Positions 1 through 8,782 of a DNA stretch of 64,000 nucleotides are shown here, one piece after another; position 1 is the first letter of the stretch, and every line of letters begins with the position of its first letter. The position numbers and the translations under genes were made by a program. This DNA is from Candidatus Lustribacter sp. (GTDB lineage Bacteria; Vulcanimicrobiota; Vulcanimicrobiia; Vulcanimicrobiales; Vulcanimicrobiaceae). The stretch spans positions 5,120,001 through 5,184,000 of the forward strand of contig OZ255842.1 of the NCBI GenBank assembly GCA_965277805.1. Reading direction: 5' to 3'. The notes beneath the pieces are model-generated. The model saw nothing but the letters and a program-made list of their open reading frames with translations, searched no databases and had not been told where the DNA came from.

Positions 1-754
1 GAAATGCGCGCAGACCTTCCTGACCTTCGGGGGCCGTGCGCTGCTTCGCGATCGCGCGGGCGCTCAGCGCCGTTGCCTCGGCCGGCGTTGCGGCGCCGGC
101 GACGTCGCGCACGACGGCTTTGGCGGCGGCGATCGCGCTGGGCGCCGCCGTGCGGAACTCGGCGAGAATGGCGTCGATGCGCGCATCGAGATCGGCCGCC
201 GGCACCACGTGATGGACCAATCCGATGCGTAGCGCGTGCGCGGCGCCGAAGCGTTCGCCGGTGACGAAGAGCGCGCGCGCTTGCGAGATGCCGATCTTCG
301 CCAGCACGAACGGCGAGATCACCGCCGGGATGATGCCGAGCTTCACTTCGGTGAAGCCGAAGACGGCGTCGTCGGCAGCGACGACGATGTCGGCCGCGGC
401 AACCAAACCGCAGCCGCCGCCGAGCGCCGCGCCGTGGACGCGCGCTATAGTCGGTTTTGCACAACGGTCGATCGCGACCAGCATCGCAGCCATCGCCTCG
501 GCGTCGCGGATGTTCTCCGCCTCCGAGAGTTCGAGCGCGGCTCGCATCCATCCGATGTCGGCGCCGCCGCTAAACGTTTTGCCGGCGCCGGCAAGCACGA
601 TGGAGCGAACGCCGTCGTCGGCGCTCAGCGCGACGAACGTGTCGCGCAGTTCGGCAATGAGCTCGGCGTTGAAGGCATTTCGGACGTCGGGACGGTTCAT
701 CGTGACGCGTGCGCGCGTCCCGTCCCGCTCGATCTGCACGAGGGAATCGATCAC
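1..754 (-). CDS. Enoyl-CoA hydratase/isomerase family protein (methylglutaconyl-CoA hydratase, LiuC-like); 3' end runs off the window
   Basis: Not in ORF track. Manual minus-strand translation from GTG 754 gives VIDSLVQIERDGTRARVTMNRPDVRNAFNAELI... ending ...QRTAPEGQEGLRAF, a crotonase-family pattern. An MCC beta subunit lies nearby. Confidence 0.88.
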   Translation of the reverse strand, partial: MIDSLVQIERDGTRARVTMNRPDVRNAFNAELIAELRDTFVALSADDGVRSIVLAGAGKTFSGGADIGWMRAALELSEAENIRDAEAMAAMLVAIDRCAKPTIARVHGAALGGGCGLVAAADIVVAADDAVFGFTEVKLGIIPAVISPFVLAKIGISQARALFVTGERFGAAHALRIGLVHHVVPAADLDARIDAILAEFRTAAPSAIAAAKAVVRDVAGAATPAEATALSARAIAKQRTAPEGQEGLRAF

Positions 755-882
755 CGGGGCGGCTTCAACGCTCTGAAGAGAACATCCGCGTCCGGTTGGA
801 GAACGTTCCCATTCCGGAGAGCGTTCATCTTCAGGGCGCGCCGCCGTAAGGGGCCTTACGCCGTCAGCGCGCCTGCGCGAGG

Positions 883-888
883 TAGGAT
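883..888 (+). promoter_or_regulatory. -10 element (TAGGAT) of a probable leaderless promoter
   Basis: TANNNT hexamer 6 nt before ATG 895; no well-spaced SD. Confidence 0.5.
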
Positions 889-894
889 TTCCAC

Positions 895-1722
895 ATGACA
901 CAGCCGCCGGTCGCGGGTCAACGGGTCTATCGCCACTCGATCGCAGCGCGCGTCACGCACTGGCTTTGGACGCTCGCCATGCTGGTGCTCGTCATGAGCG
1001 GGCTGCAGATCTTCAACGCCGCGCCGTACCTCGACGCGAGCGACAACAGCAACCCCGCGCGCCGCATTCTCTCGTTCGACGCGCAAAAAACCGCCGACGG
1101 CAAGCAGATCGGCACGACGACGATTTTCGGCCACACGTTCACGACCACGCACGTGCTCGGCTACACCGACGACGGCCAAGGCGGCGAAGAAGAGCGCGCG
1201 TTTCCGGGCGCGCTCACGCTGCCCGCCACGCAAGACCTCGCCGACGGACGCGTGTGGCATCTGTTCTTCGGCTGGGTGCTCGTGCTCTCGCTCGTTACCT
1301 ACATCATCGTGGGCGCGATTCGCAAAGATCTGCGCGAACTGATCCTCCGGCCTTCAGACATTCCCAAGCTTTTGCCGATGCAGCTCTACTATTTTCACTT
1401 GCGCAAAGAGCCGCCGCCGCACGGCACCTACAACCCGCTGCAAAAAGCGGCGTACACCGTCGTGCTGTTCGGCTTCATTCCGCTGATCATCCTCACCGGC
1501 ATGGCGCTCTCGCCGGGGATCGACGCGATCAGCGGACCGCTGGTCTGGCTCTTGGGCGGACGGCAGTTCGCGCGGACGTGGCACTTCACGCTGATGGTGC
1601 TGCTGATCGGCTACTTCGCAACGCACATGGTTCTGGTTTTTTCGACCGGCCCGTGGAACAACATCAAATCGATGATCACCGGCTGGTACAAGCTGAAAGA
1701 TCATGACGGGGTAGGCATATGA
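895..1722 (+). CDS. Cytochrome b/b6-domain membrane protein (YdhU/thiosulfate reductase cytochrome b-like)
   Basis: RVTHW, MSGLQIFNA, WHLFFGW, YNPLQK and GGRQFARTWHF motifs; overlaps the downstream Mo enzyme. Confidence 0.88.
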   Translation: MTQPPVAGQRVYRHSIAARVTHWLWTLAMLVLVMSGLQIFNAAPYLDASDNSNPARRILSFDAQKTADGKQIGTTTIFGHTFTTTHVLGYTDDGQGGEEERAFPGALTLPATQDLADGRVWHLFFGWVLVLSLVTYIIVGAIRKDLRELILRPSDIPKLLPMQLYYFHLRKEPPPHGTYNPLQKAAYTVVLFGFIPLIILTGMALSPGIDAISGPLVWLLGGRQFARTWHFTLMVLLIGYFATHMVLVFSTGPWNNIKSMITGWYKLKDHDGVGI

Positions 1723-2450
1723 AACGCCGGCTTTTCGTTGCGTCGCTGAGTGCGAGCAGCCTCGTCGCCTGCGGTCCGGTGAAAGATCAGCTCACGTCGT
1801 CGCTGCACGGCGTGCTCGACAGCGCACAGGTACTCAATCACGCGATCATCGGCACGCGTGGCCGCGCCCGGCTCTATACGGAAGCCGACATCAATCTCAA
1901 CTTCCGCGTGAACGGGCTCGACACGCCGAGCGATCAGCGCTATGCCGACGCCGCGCGCGATCATTTCGGCGCATATCGCTTGCCGGTGGAAGGCCTCGTC
2001 GACCGGCCGCACACCTTTACGCTGGCGGAACTGCGCGCGATGCCGCAGCTCGCGCAAATCACGCGTCACGATTGCGTCGAAGGCTGGAGTCAGGTCGGGA
2101 AGTGGCAGGGCGTGCCGCTCGCAACGGTCATCGCGATGGCGCAGCCGAAAACGAACGCGCGCTATGTGATCTTCAGCTGTTTCGACAAGGACGAGTCGGG
2201 CACGGAATACTACGAGTCGCTCGATCTGCACGAGGCCGCGCACCCGCAGACGCTCCTCGCGCTCGACCTCAACGACAAACCGATCGATCCCGATCACGGT
2301 GCGCCCGTGCGCTTGCGCATTCCGACCCAACTCGGCTACAAGAGCGCGAAGTGGGTCCGCAAGATCGAACTCGCCGCGGCTTTCCCGACGCCCCAAAGCA
2401 AAGGCGGCTACTGGGAAGACCAAGGCTACGAATGGTACGGCGGCATCTAG
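1719..2450 (+). CDS. Molybdopterin-dependent oxidoreductase, sulfite oxidase/MsrP(YedY)-like, probable Tat lipoprotein
   Basis: MKRRLF...LVAC signal; RHDCVEGWS Moco cysteine; HGAPVRLR..LGYKSAKW; GGYWEDQGY. Confidence 0.88.
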   Translation: MKRRLFVASLSASSLVACGPVKDQLTSSLHGVLDSAQVLNHAIIGTRGRARLYTEADINLNFRVNGLDTPSDQRYADAARDHFGAYRLPVEGLVDRPHTFTLAELRAMPQLAQITRHDCVEGWSQVGKWQGVPLATVIAMAQPKTNARYVIFSCFDKDESGTEYYESLDLHEAAHPQTLLALDLNDKPIDPDHGAPVRLRIPTQLGYKSAKWVRKIELAAAFPTPQSKGGYWEDQGYEWYGGI

Positions 2451-2466
2451 CCAGAACTGATGGCGG

Positions 2467-3204
2467 GTGTCGAGCGATCCGTTCAGCACCGGGGTCTCCG
2501 CGTTGGAGGCCTACAGCACCGCCATCGACGTTTCTGCAAACAACATCGCGAACGTCGGGACGGCCGGTTTTCAAGCCCAGGACACCGAGTTCGGTGACAT
2601 CTACTCCGGCGCCGTTGCCGCGCGCCTGAGCGCGAACGCCGCGCCGGGCGGCCTCGAGCCGACGGGCACCTCCACCAACGTTGCGATCGCGGGCACCGGT
2701 TACTTCGCGCTCGCCGGTCCCAACGGCACGATCTACACGCGCGACGGCAACTTCGTTCCCGGCGCGAACGCCACGCTCGTCGACGCATCGACCGGGCTCG
2801 CGGTCAGCAGCGTGAGCGGAGCGCCGATCGTGATTCCGGCCGGCACCTCGGTGCTCTCGATCGGCAGCGACGGTACCGTTACCGGCATTCTCAACGGTCA
2901 ACCCACGACGCTCGGCCGGCTCGCGCTCGCGGCCTTTTCGAATCCCGGCGGTTTGCTGCATGTGTCGGGCGGTTACGAAGCCTCGCCGAACTCCGGCACC
3001 GTCTTACTCGGCGCGCCCGCAACGCCCGGCTACGGCTCGTTGATCCCAGGCTTCCTGGAAGGTTCGAACGTCGACCTCGCGGCGGAAATCATCAAGATGA
3101 CCGCTTCGCAAGCCGCCTACAAAGCGAACGCGGTCTCGATCCGCACCGCCGACGAAATCCTCACCACCGCCGTCAACATCGACGACGAAGGCCGCACGGC
3201 CTAA
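2467..3204 (+). CDS. Flagellar hook/basal-body rod family protein (FlgE/F/G-like)
   Basis: ANNIANVGTAGF N-terminus, YTRDGNF, LEGSNVDLA C-terminus. Confidence 0.85.
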   Translation: MSSDPFSTGVSALEAYSTAIDVSANNIANVGTAGFQAQDTEFGDIYSGAVAARLSANAAPGGLEPTGTSTNVAIAGTGYFALAGPNGTIYTRDGNFVPGANATLVDASTGLAVSSVSGAPIVIPAGTSVLSIGSDGTVTGILNGQPTTLGRLALAAFSNPGGLLHVSGGYEASPNSGTVLLGAPATPGYGSLIPGFLEGSNVDLAAEIIKMTASQAAYKANAVSIRTADEILTTAVNIDDEGRTA

Positions 3205-3905
3205 ACGCTGAGCAGCGGGGCGATGGCCTCGGGCGATTCGTCCGCCGTCGTGCCGGAACGCACCACCGTGCCGCGCTGCATCACGTAGTAGCGGTCGGTG
3301 ATCGACCAGGCGAAGTCGAGATGCTGTTCGACGATGAGGATCGCGACGCCGAGTTCGCGCCGGACGTTGCCGAGAATGCGACCGATTTCCGCCACGACGT
3401 TGGGCTGGATGCCTTCGGCCGGTTCATCGAGCAAGAGCAAACGCGGCTTGCCGAGCAGCGCCCGCGCGAGCGCGAGTTGCTGCTGCTCGCCGCCGCTCAG
3501 CACGCCGCCCTTCCGGTCGCGCAAGGCGACGAGCGCCGGAAAGAGCTCGTACAGTGGTGCGGGGTCGGGCGTGACCGCGGGTTTGCGGCCCCCGAGCGCC
3601 GACGCGCCGACCGAAAGATTCTCCGCGACCGTGAGCTGCGGAAAGATGCCGCGCCCTTGCGGGACGTAGCCGATGCCGAGCCGCGCGCGGCGGTATGCCG
3701 GCAATCGCATGACGTCGTCGTCGCCGAACGCTATGCTGCCGCTGTTGGCGGCGTGCAGGCCGACGATCGTGCGCAACAGCGTCGTTTTGCCGACACCGTT
3801 GCGGCCGAGAAGTGCGACCGCCTCACCGCTGCCGACGGCCAGATCGATGCCGGAGAGCACCTGGCTCATGCCGTAGGCGGCGCCGATTCCCTTAAGCGCG
3901 AGCAC
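3201..3905 (-). CDS. urtE: Urea ABC transporter ATP-binding subunit
   Basis: GRNGVGKTT Walker A, VPQGRGIFP, LSGGEQQQLA, LDEPAEGIQPN; GTG start at 3905. Confidence 0.88.
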   Translation of the reverse strand: MLALKGIGAAYGMSQVLSGIDLAVGSGEAVALLGRNGVGKTTLLRTIVGLHAANSGSIAFGDDDVMRLPAYRRARLGIGYVPQGRGIFPQLTVAENLSVGASALGGRKPAVTPDPAPLYELFPALVALRDRKGGVLSGGEQQQLALARALLGKPRLLLLDEPAEGIQPNVVAEIGRILGNVRRELGVAILIVEQHLDFAWSITDRYYVMQRGTVVRSGTTADESPEAIAPLLSV

Positions 3906-4665
3906 CGTTGGCCTCGTGCGCGCGGCCGAGATAGACGGCTTCGACTTCAGGATTCTTGCGGATTTCCGCCACCGACGCACCGTGCGCGAGCATGCTGCCC
4001 ATATTGAGCACGCTGACCGGCGCAGCGAGTTGTTCGACGAAATCCATATCGTGATCGATGACGATGAACGCGTGGCGTCCGGTCAGCGAGCGGATGAGCG
4101 TCGCCGTGGCTTCCGCTTCTTGGTGCGTCATGCCGGCCGCGGGTTCGTCGAGCAGCAGCAAGTCCGCATTCGACGCGACGACCATCCCGATCTCGAGCCA
4201 CTGCTTGTTCCCATGCGCCAGCTCGGCGGCGAGGTCGAGGCGGCGATCGGCTAGGCCGATGATCGTGAGCACTTCGTCGACGCGTTCGCGTTCGGCGGCC
4301 GTGATGGAAGAGATCAACGCGTGCCACGCACCGCGATTGTGTTTTACGGCAACCCGCAGATTTTCTTCGATCGTCAGCGCGTCGAGTACGCCGGGGGTTT
4401 GGAATTTGCGGCAGATGCCGCGCCGCACGATCGCGTACTCGGGCACCTTCGCCAAATCTTCGTTCTTGAACAGCACGCGTCCGGACGTGGGCCGCACGCG
4501 GCCGATGATCGTATCGAGCAGCGTCGATTTACCCGCGCCGTTCGGTCCGACCAGCACGTGGCAGGCGCCGGCCGCGAGGCTGAAGCTCAAGTCGTTGAGC
4601 GCCTTGAAACCGTCGAACGACACCGTGACGTGTTCGACCGATAGCAATGCCGCCTCGCCGTTCAT
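3892..4665 (-). CDS. urtD: Urea ABC transporter ATP-binding subunit
   Basis: VTVSFDGFKAL, GPNGAGKST, GICRKFQTP, LAHGNKQWLEIGM, VYLGR; ATG at 4665. Confidence 0.9.
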   Translation of the reverse strand: MNGEAALLSVEHVTVSFDGFKALNDLSFSLAAGACHVLVGPNGAGKSTLLDTIIGRVRPTSGRVLFKNEDLAKVPEYAIVRRGICRKFQTPGVLDALTIEENLRVAVKHNRGAWHALISSITAAERERVDEVLTIIGLADRRLDLAAELAHGNKQWLEIGMVVASNADLLLLDEPAAGMTHQEAEATATLIRSLTGRHAFIVIDHDMDFVEQLAAPVSVLNMGSMLAHGASVAEIRKNPEVEAVYLGRAHEANGARA

Positions 4666-5711
4666 TCCGGCACCGTCGCCGGCGGAGCGGCGGCGACGAT
4701 GCGGGGCGCGCGCCGGGTGAGCGTTGCGAGACCGACGATCCCTTGCGGCAAGATCGTCACGACCAGCACGAAGATCGCGCCGACGACGTAGAGCCAGAGA
4801 TCGGGAAAAGCGCTGCTGATGAAGTCTTTGCCGAAATTCACGGCAAGCGTGCCGATGATCGCACCCAAGAGGCTGTTGCGGCCGCCGACCGCGACCCAGA
4901 TGACCATCTCGATCGACGGCACGACGCCGAACATCGCGGGCGAAATCACGCCGAGGTCGAGCGTGACGAGCGCACCCGAAACGCCGGCCAGAATGCCGGC
5001 AATCGCGAACGCAATCACCTTGAACGGCAGCGGATCGTAGCCGAGGAACCGCACGCGATTTTCTCCGTCGCGCACTGCCAGCAGCACTTTGCCGAACGCC
5101 GAGTTTTGCAACATTCGCACGCCGGCAAACGCGATCGCGAGCACGGCCAGCGTGATCCAGTACAAGCCGTACTGCGTGTGCGTGTCGCCCAGCACGTACC
5201 CGAACGCGCTCGTGAAACCGGTGAGCCCGTTGAAGCCGCCGGTGAACTGCTGCTGCGAGATGATCAACGTTGCGGCGGCGAGCGCCAGCGCTTGCGTGAT
5301 AATCGCGAAGTACGAGCCGGCGATGCGGCGGCGGAAGACGAGATACGCGAGCGCGGCGGCGGCGACGCCCGGCAAGATGAAGACCATCCCGATTGCGAAG
5401 GCCGGATTTCGGAACGGCGCCCACCACCACGGCAGCGTGTCGAGGCCGCTCCACTGCATGAAATCCGGAACGGCGCCGGGATCCAAGCCGGCGAGCTTGA
5501 GGTGCATCGCGAGCGCGTAACCGCCGAGCGCGAAGAACACGCCTTGTCCCAGGCTGAGGATACCGCCCGTGCCCCAGATCAGCGAAATGCCGAGTGCCAA
5601 AACGGCTAGCGCCAAAAAGCGTCCGAGCAGTGAAAGTTCGTAGGGCGGTAGGTAGAGCGGTGCGCATGCGGCGACGACGAGCAGCGCCGCGAGGCCAATT
5701 TCCTTGCGCAT
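4662..5711 (-). CDS. urtC: Urea ABC transporter permease
   Basis: GILSLGQGVFFALGGY, PDFMQWSG, YFAIITQAL, VRDGENRVRFLGY, SIEMVIWVAVGGR. Confidence 0.9.
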   Translation of the reverse strand: MRKEIGLAALLVVAACAPLYLPPYELSLLGRFLALAVLALGISLIWGTGGILSLGQGVFFALGGYALAMHLKLAGLDPGAVPDFMQWSGLDTLPWWWAPFRNPAFAIGMVFILPGVAAAALAYLVFRRRIAGSYFAIITQALALAAATLIISQQQFTGGFNGLTGFTSAFGYVLGDTHTQYGLYWITLAVLAIAFAGVRMLQNSAFGKVLLAVRDGENRVRFLGYDPLPFKVIAFAIAGILAGVSGALVTLDLGVISPAMFGVVPSIEMVIWVAVGGRNSLLGAIIGTLAVNFGKDFISSAFPDLWLYVVGAIFVLVVTILPQGIVGLATLTRRAPRIVAAAPPATVPE

Positions 5712-6622
5712 CAGCCTTCCTCCAGTGCGCGCGAACTCTGCGAGACGATGCCGCGCGGGCGGAACTGCATGAACGCGATGACGGCGATCAGCAGCAGCAC
5801 GTCGGAGAAACTTTGGCTGGTGAAAATCTGCGCGCCGGCCGAGAACACGCCGATCAAGAGCGCTGCGGCCAGGGTGCCGGTGAGGCTGCCGAGTCCGCCG
5901 ACGATCACGACCAGAAACGCGTACACGATGTAGCTCTGACCCACCGTCGGCGTGACGGGTGCGATCAGCGAAAGCGCGGATCCGGCGAGGCCGGCGATGC
6001 CGGTACCGAGCGCAAAGACCGCGAGGTCGACCGCGCGCGTGTTTGCGCCGAGCGCCTCGGCGATGCCGCGGTTGGCATGCACGGCGCGCACGAGTAACCC
6101 GAGCCGCGTACGCGCGATGATGAGCCCGACGCCGCCGAGGACGAGCGCGGCCAGCACGATGATGAAGACGCGCACGGCGGGGATCGACAATCCCGTCATC
6201 GCCGTGCCGCCGAGAGAGAGCGTGCCGCTCAGCCACGCCGGCGCCGTCACCTCGACGCCGACCGGGCCGAAGATGCTGCGCGCGGCTTGCTGCAAGATGA
6301 GGCTCACGCCCCACGTCGCGAGCAGCGTGTCGAGCGGGCGGCCGTAGAGGCGCCGGATCAGCGTGACTTCGAGCAGCGCTCCGAAGAGCGCGGTGCCGAT
6401 GAACGCGACGACGAGCCCGATTGCGAATCCGGCGCTTTTGCCGAAAACCGATACCGAGATGTAGGTGAGGTAACCGCCCATCATCAGCATCTCGCCGTGC
6501 GCCATGTTGATGACGCGCATGAGACCGAAGCTCAGGGCAAGACCCAGCGCAGCCAAGAGCAGAATCGAGGCCACGCTGATCCCGTTGAAGAGTTGCCCGG
6601 CGACGAGCGTCGATTCGCTCAT
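5711..6622 (-). CDS. urtB: Urea ABC transporter permease
   Basis: GLMRVINMAHGEMLM, LYGRPLDTLLATWGVSL. Confidence 0.9.
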   Translation of the reverse strand: MSESTLVAGQLFNGISVASILLLAALGLALSFGLMRVINMAHGEMLMMGGYLTYISVSVFGKSAGFAIGLVVAFIGTALFGALLEVTLIRRLYGRPLDTLLATWGVSLILQQAARSIFGPVGVEVTAPAWLSGTLSLGGTAMTGLSIPAVRVFIIVLAALVLGGVGLIIARTRLGLLVRAVHANRGIAEALGANTRAVDLAVFALGTGIAGLAGSALSLIAPVTPTVGQSYIVYAFLVVIVGGLGSLTGTLAAALLIGVFSAGAQIFTSQSFSDVLLLIAVIAFMQFRPRGIVSQSSRALEEG

Positions 6623-6640
6623 GCGCGTCCGCTCAGCCCG

Positions 6641-7849
6641 TTACAGCAGAACGCAGGTTTTGCCGGGGAATGAGAGCGGGTCGTACGGCACCGGCACGAC
6701 CGGCGCTTTGGACTGCCAAAGCACCTTGAACTGCCCGCTCGGCAAGAGCTGTCCGACGTACGCGGTTTGCACGAGGCTCTGGTTGTTGGCGAACTTCGTT
6801 TCGCCGAGCCCGACATCGTCGTACGGCAGCGTCTTCGCGGCTTTGCGAACCGCATCCGGATCGAAGCTGCCGGCCTTCTTCACCGCCGCCGCCCACGCGT
6901 AGACGTCGAGGTAACCGTGCGCCATCGGATCGTCGACGGGCGAGCCCGGATACTTCGCTTGATACGCGGCGACGAATTTCTTATTGACCGGATCGGGCAG
7001 CGACTGGAAGTAATTCCACGCCGCGTAGCTGCCCTCGAGCAGCGACGGCCCGATCGCCTTCGCTTCTTGTTCTGCGATGCTGAATGACATCACCGGCAGT
7101 TTCGCCGACGGCAGTCCGGCCGCGGCCATCTGCTTGAAGAACGAGACGTTGCTATCGCCGTTGAGCGTGCTGAACACGATGTCGGGCTTCGCGAGTTTGA
7201 TCTTGTTGATCACCGCGCTGAAGTCACTGCCGCCGAGCGGCACGTACTCTTCTCCGGCCAAGGCTTTCCCGTCGTGCGCGATGTGCTTCTTCAGCACGAG
7301 GTTGGCCGTGCGCGGAAACACGTAGTCGGAGCCCAAGAGGAAGATGCTCTTATACCCCTTGCCTTCGGCCCACTCCAGCGCGGGAAGAATCTGTTGATTC
7401 GGCTGCGCGCCCGAGTACATGATGTTGGGCGAGCACTCGTTGCCCTCGAATTGAACCGGATACCACAGCAGCGACTTGAAACGTTCGAAAACCGGCAGCA
7501 TCGCCTTGCGGCTGGCGGAGGTCCAACCGCCGAAAACCGTGACGACCTTGTCTTGTTCGATCAGCTTCTGCGCTTTTTGCGCGAACATCGACGGATCCGA
7601 GGCGCCGTCTTCAACCACCGGTGAGATCTGTTTGCCGAGCACGCCGCCCTTGGCGTTGATTTCGTCGATGGCGAGCAAGGTCGCGTTCTTGACGGTGACC
7701 TCACTAATGGCCATCGTCCCGGTGAGCGATTGCAGCACGCCCACTTGCACGGTGTCTGCAGCGTTCGACGGCGCGGCGGTGACCGTGCCCAAGAAAAGCG
7801 CGAGCGCGCCGATACTGAGCAGCGATCGGCGCGCGACCTGATGAGTCAT
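6641..7849 (-). CDS. urtA: Urea/short-chain amide ABC transporter substrate-binding protein
   Basis: Signal peptide; SLTGTMAISE, EDGASD, FGGWTSASRKA, YPVQFEG, GSDYVFPRTAN, TLNGDSN. Confidence 0.9.
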   Translation of the reverse strand: MTHQVARRSLLSIGALALFLGTVTAAPSNAADTVQVGVLQSLTGTMAISEVTVKNATLLAIDEINAKGGVLGKQISPVVEDGASDPSMFAQKAQKLIEQDKVVTVFGGWTSASRKAMLPVFERFKSLLWYPVQFEGNECSPNIMYSGAQPNQQILPALEWAEGKGYKSIFLLGSDYVFPRTANLVLKKHIAHDGKALAGEEYVPLGGSDFSAVINKIKLAKPDIVFSTLNGDSNVSFFKQMAAAGLPSAKLPVMSFSIAEQEAKAIGPSLLEGSYAAWNYFQSLPDPVNKKFVAAYQAKYPGSPVDDPMAHGYLDVYAWAAAVKKAGSFDPDAVRKAAKTLPYDDVGLGETKFANNQSLVQTAYVGQLLPSGQFKVLWQSKAPVVPVPYDPLSFPGKTCVLL

Positions 7850-8047
7850 CACGGTATTCTCCTCGAATGAACGGATGAGAGCGAACACCGTGCGTTCGCT
7901 ATGAAGACCCTATCTCGATTGGCCGCGCGTTACGCCGTTTGCGAGGCCGCTTCTACATGCGGATGGTCGCGAACGCTGAGGGCCATCCAGACATCCACGC
8001 GGTGATAAGCAGCGGCGGCCAAGCAAACGCGCGGCCCAAGCCGATCG

Positions 8048-8056
8048 TGGTAGTAT
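8048..8056 (+). promoter_or_regulatory. Extended -10 (TGG-TAGTAT) of a probable leaderless promoter
   Basis: TGn plus TANNNT, 6 nt before GTG 8063. Confidence 0.55.
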
Positions 8057-8062
8057 GGGCGC

Positions 8063-8740
8063 GTGACGCAGCTGAACGCAAAGGCGATCGTCTATCTGCT
8101 CCTGACGGTCGCCGTCATGGGCATCGCCTTATTCGTTCCGGCGGGGACGTTCGATTATTGGCAAGCCTGGCTTTTTCTGGTGGTTTTCGCCGTGTTGAGC
8201 CTCGCGATCACCGTGTATTTGATGAAGAACGATCCCCAGCTGTTGGAGCGGCGCGTGCACGGCGGCCCAACCGCGGAAACGTCACGCGCGCAACAGCTCG
8301 CGATGCTCGTCGCGTCGCTCGGATTCATAGCGAGCCTCATCGTCTCGGCGCTCGATCGTCGCTTCGGCTGGTCGCAGGTGCCGACGGTGTGCATCATCGG
8401 CGGCGACGTGCTCATCCTGGTAGGGTATGTCCTAATCTTTTTCGTCTTCCGCGCGAATACGTTTGCGTCGGCGACGATCGGGGTGGCCACGGATCAACGT
8501 GTCATTTCGAGCGGACCCTACGCGGTCGTGCGGCATCCGATGTATGCCGGTGCGCTCCTCTATATGATCGGGTTTCCGCTTGCGCTCGGTTCGTGGTGGG
8601 GGCTGCTGGGCGGCGCCGTCCTGATCGGGGCGATCGTCTGGCGGCTCGGTGATGAGGAACGCGTGCTCGCTGAAAACCTGCCCGGCTATGCTGCGTATCG
8701 CAATGCCGTGAAGTACCGGCTCGTGCCGTATCTTTGGTGA
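8063..8740 (+). CDS. Isoprenylcysteine carboxyl methyltransferase (ICMT/PEMT) family membrane protein
   Basis: GPYAVVRHPMY, EERVL, GY..Y...VKYRLVPYLW. Confidence 0.88.
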   Translation: MTQLNAKAIVYLLLTVAVMGIALFVPAGTFDYWQAWLFLVVFAVLSLAITVYLMKNDPQLLERRVHGGPTAETSRAQQLAMLVASLGFIASLIVSALDRRFGWSQVPTVCIIGGDVLILVGYVLIFFVFRANTFASATIGVATDQRVISSGPYAVVRHPMYAGALLYMIGFPLALGSWWGLLGGAVLIGAIVWRLGDEERVLAENLPGYAAYRNAVKYRLVPYLW

Positions 8741-8755
8741 GTGTGATTGTGGCGG

Positions 8756-8779
8756 TCCCTCGACAAGCTCGGGATGACA
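8756..8779 (-). repeat. REP-like palindromic element, single arm (TGTCATCCCGAGCTTGTCGAGGGA)
   Basis: Shares TGTCATyCCGAGC with the element at 42760-42868; lies between convergent genes. Confidence 0.55.
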
Positions 8780-8782
8780 ATG

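Noticed and set aside
758..860. SRP 4.5S RNA or tRNA
   Set aside because: No domain IV CAGG/GNRA/AGCA arrangement and no cloverleaf on either strand
225..898. Plus-strand ORFs 225-776 and 236-898
   Set aside because: Antisense shadows of the minus-strand crotonase gene
3892..6314. Long ORF-track versions (591 aa, 550 aa) suggesting fused urt proteins
   Set aside because: N-terminal extensions are off-frame reads of upstream genes; real starts are 4665 and 5711
7880..8047. Guanidine-I (ykkC) riboswitch or ANTAR dual hairpin upstream of urtA
   Set aside because: I could not find the ykkC 3' conserved tract or two well-formed hexaloop hairpins; kept only as an unassigned structure
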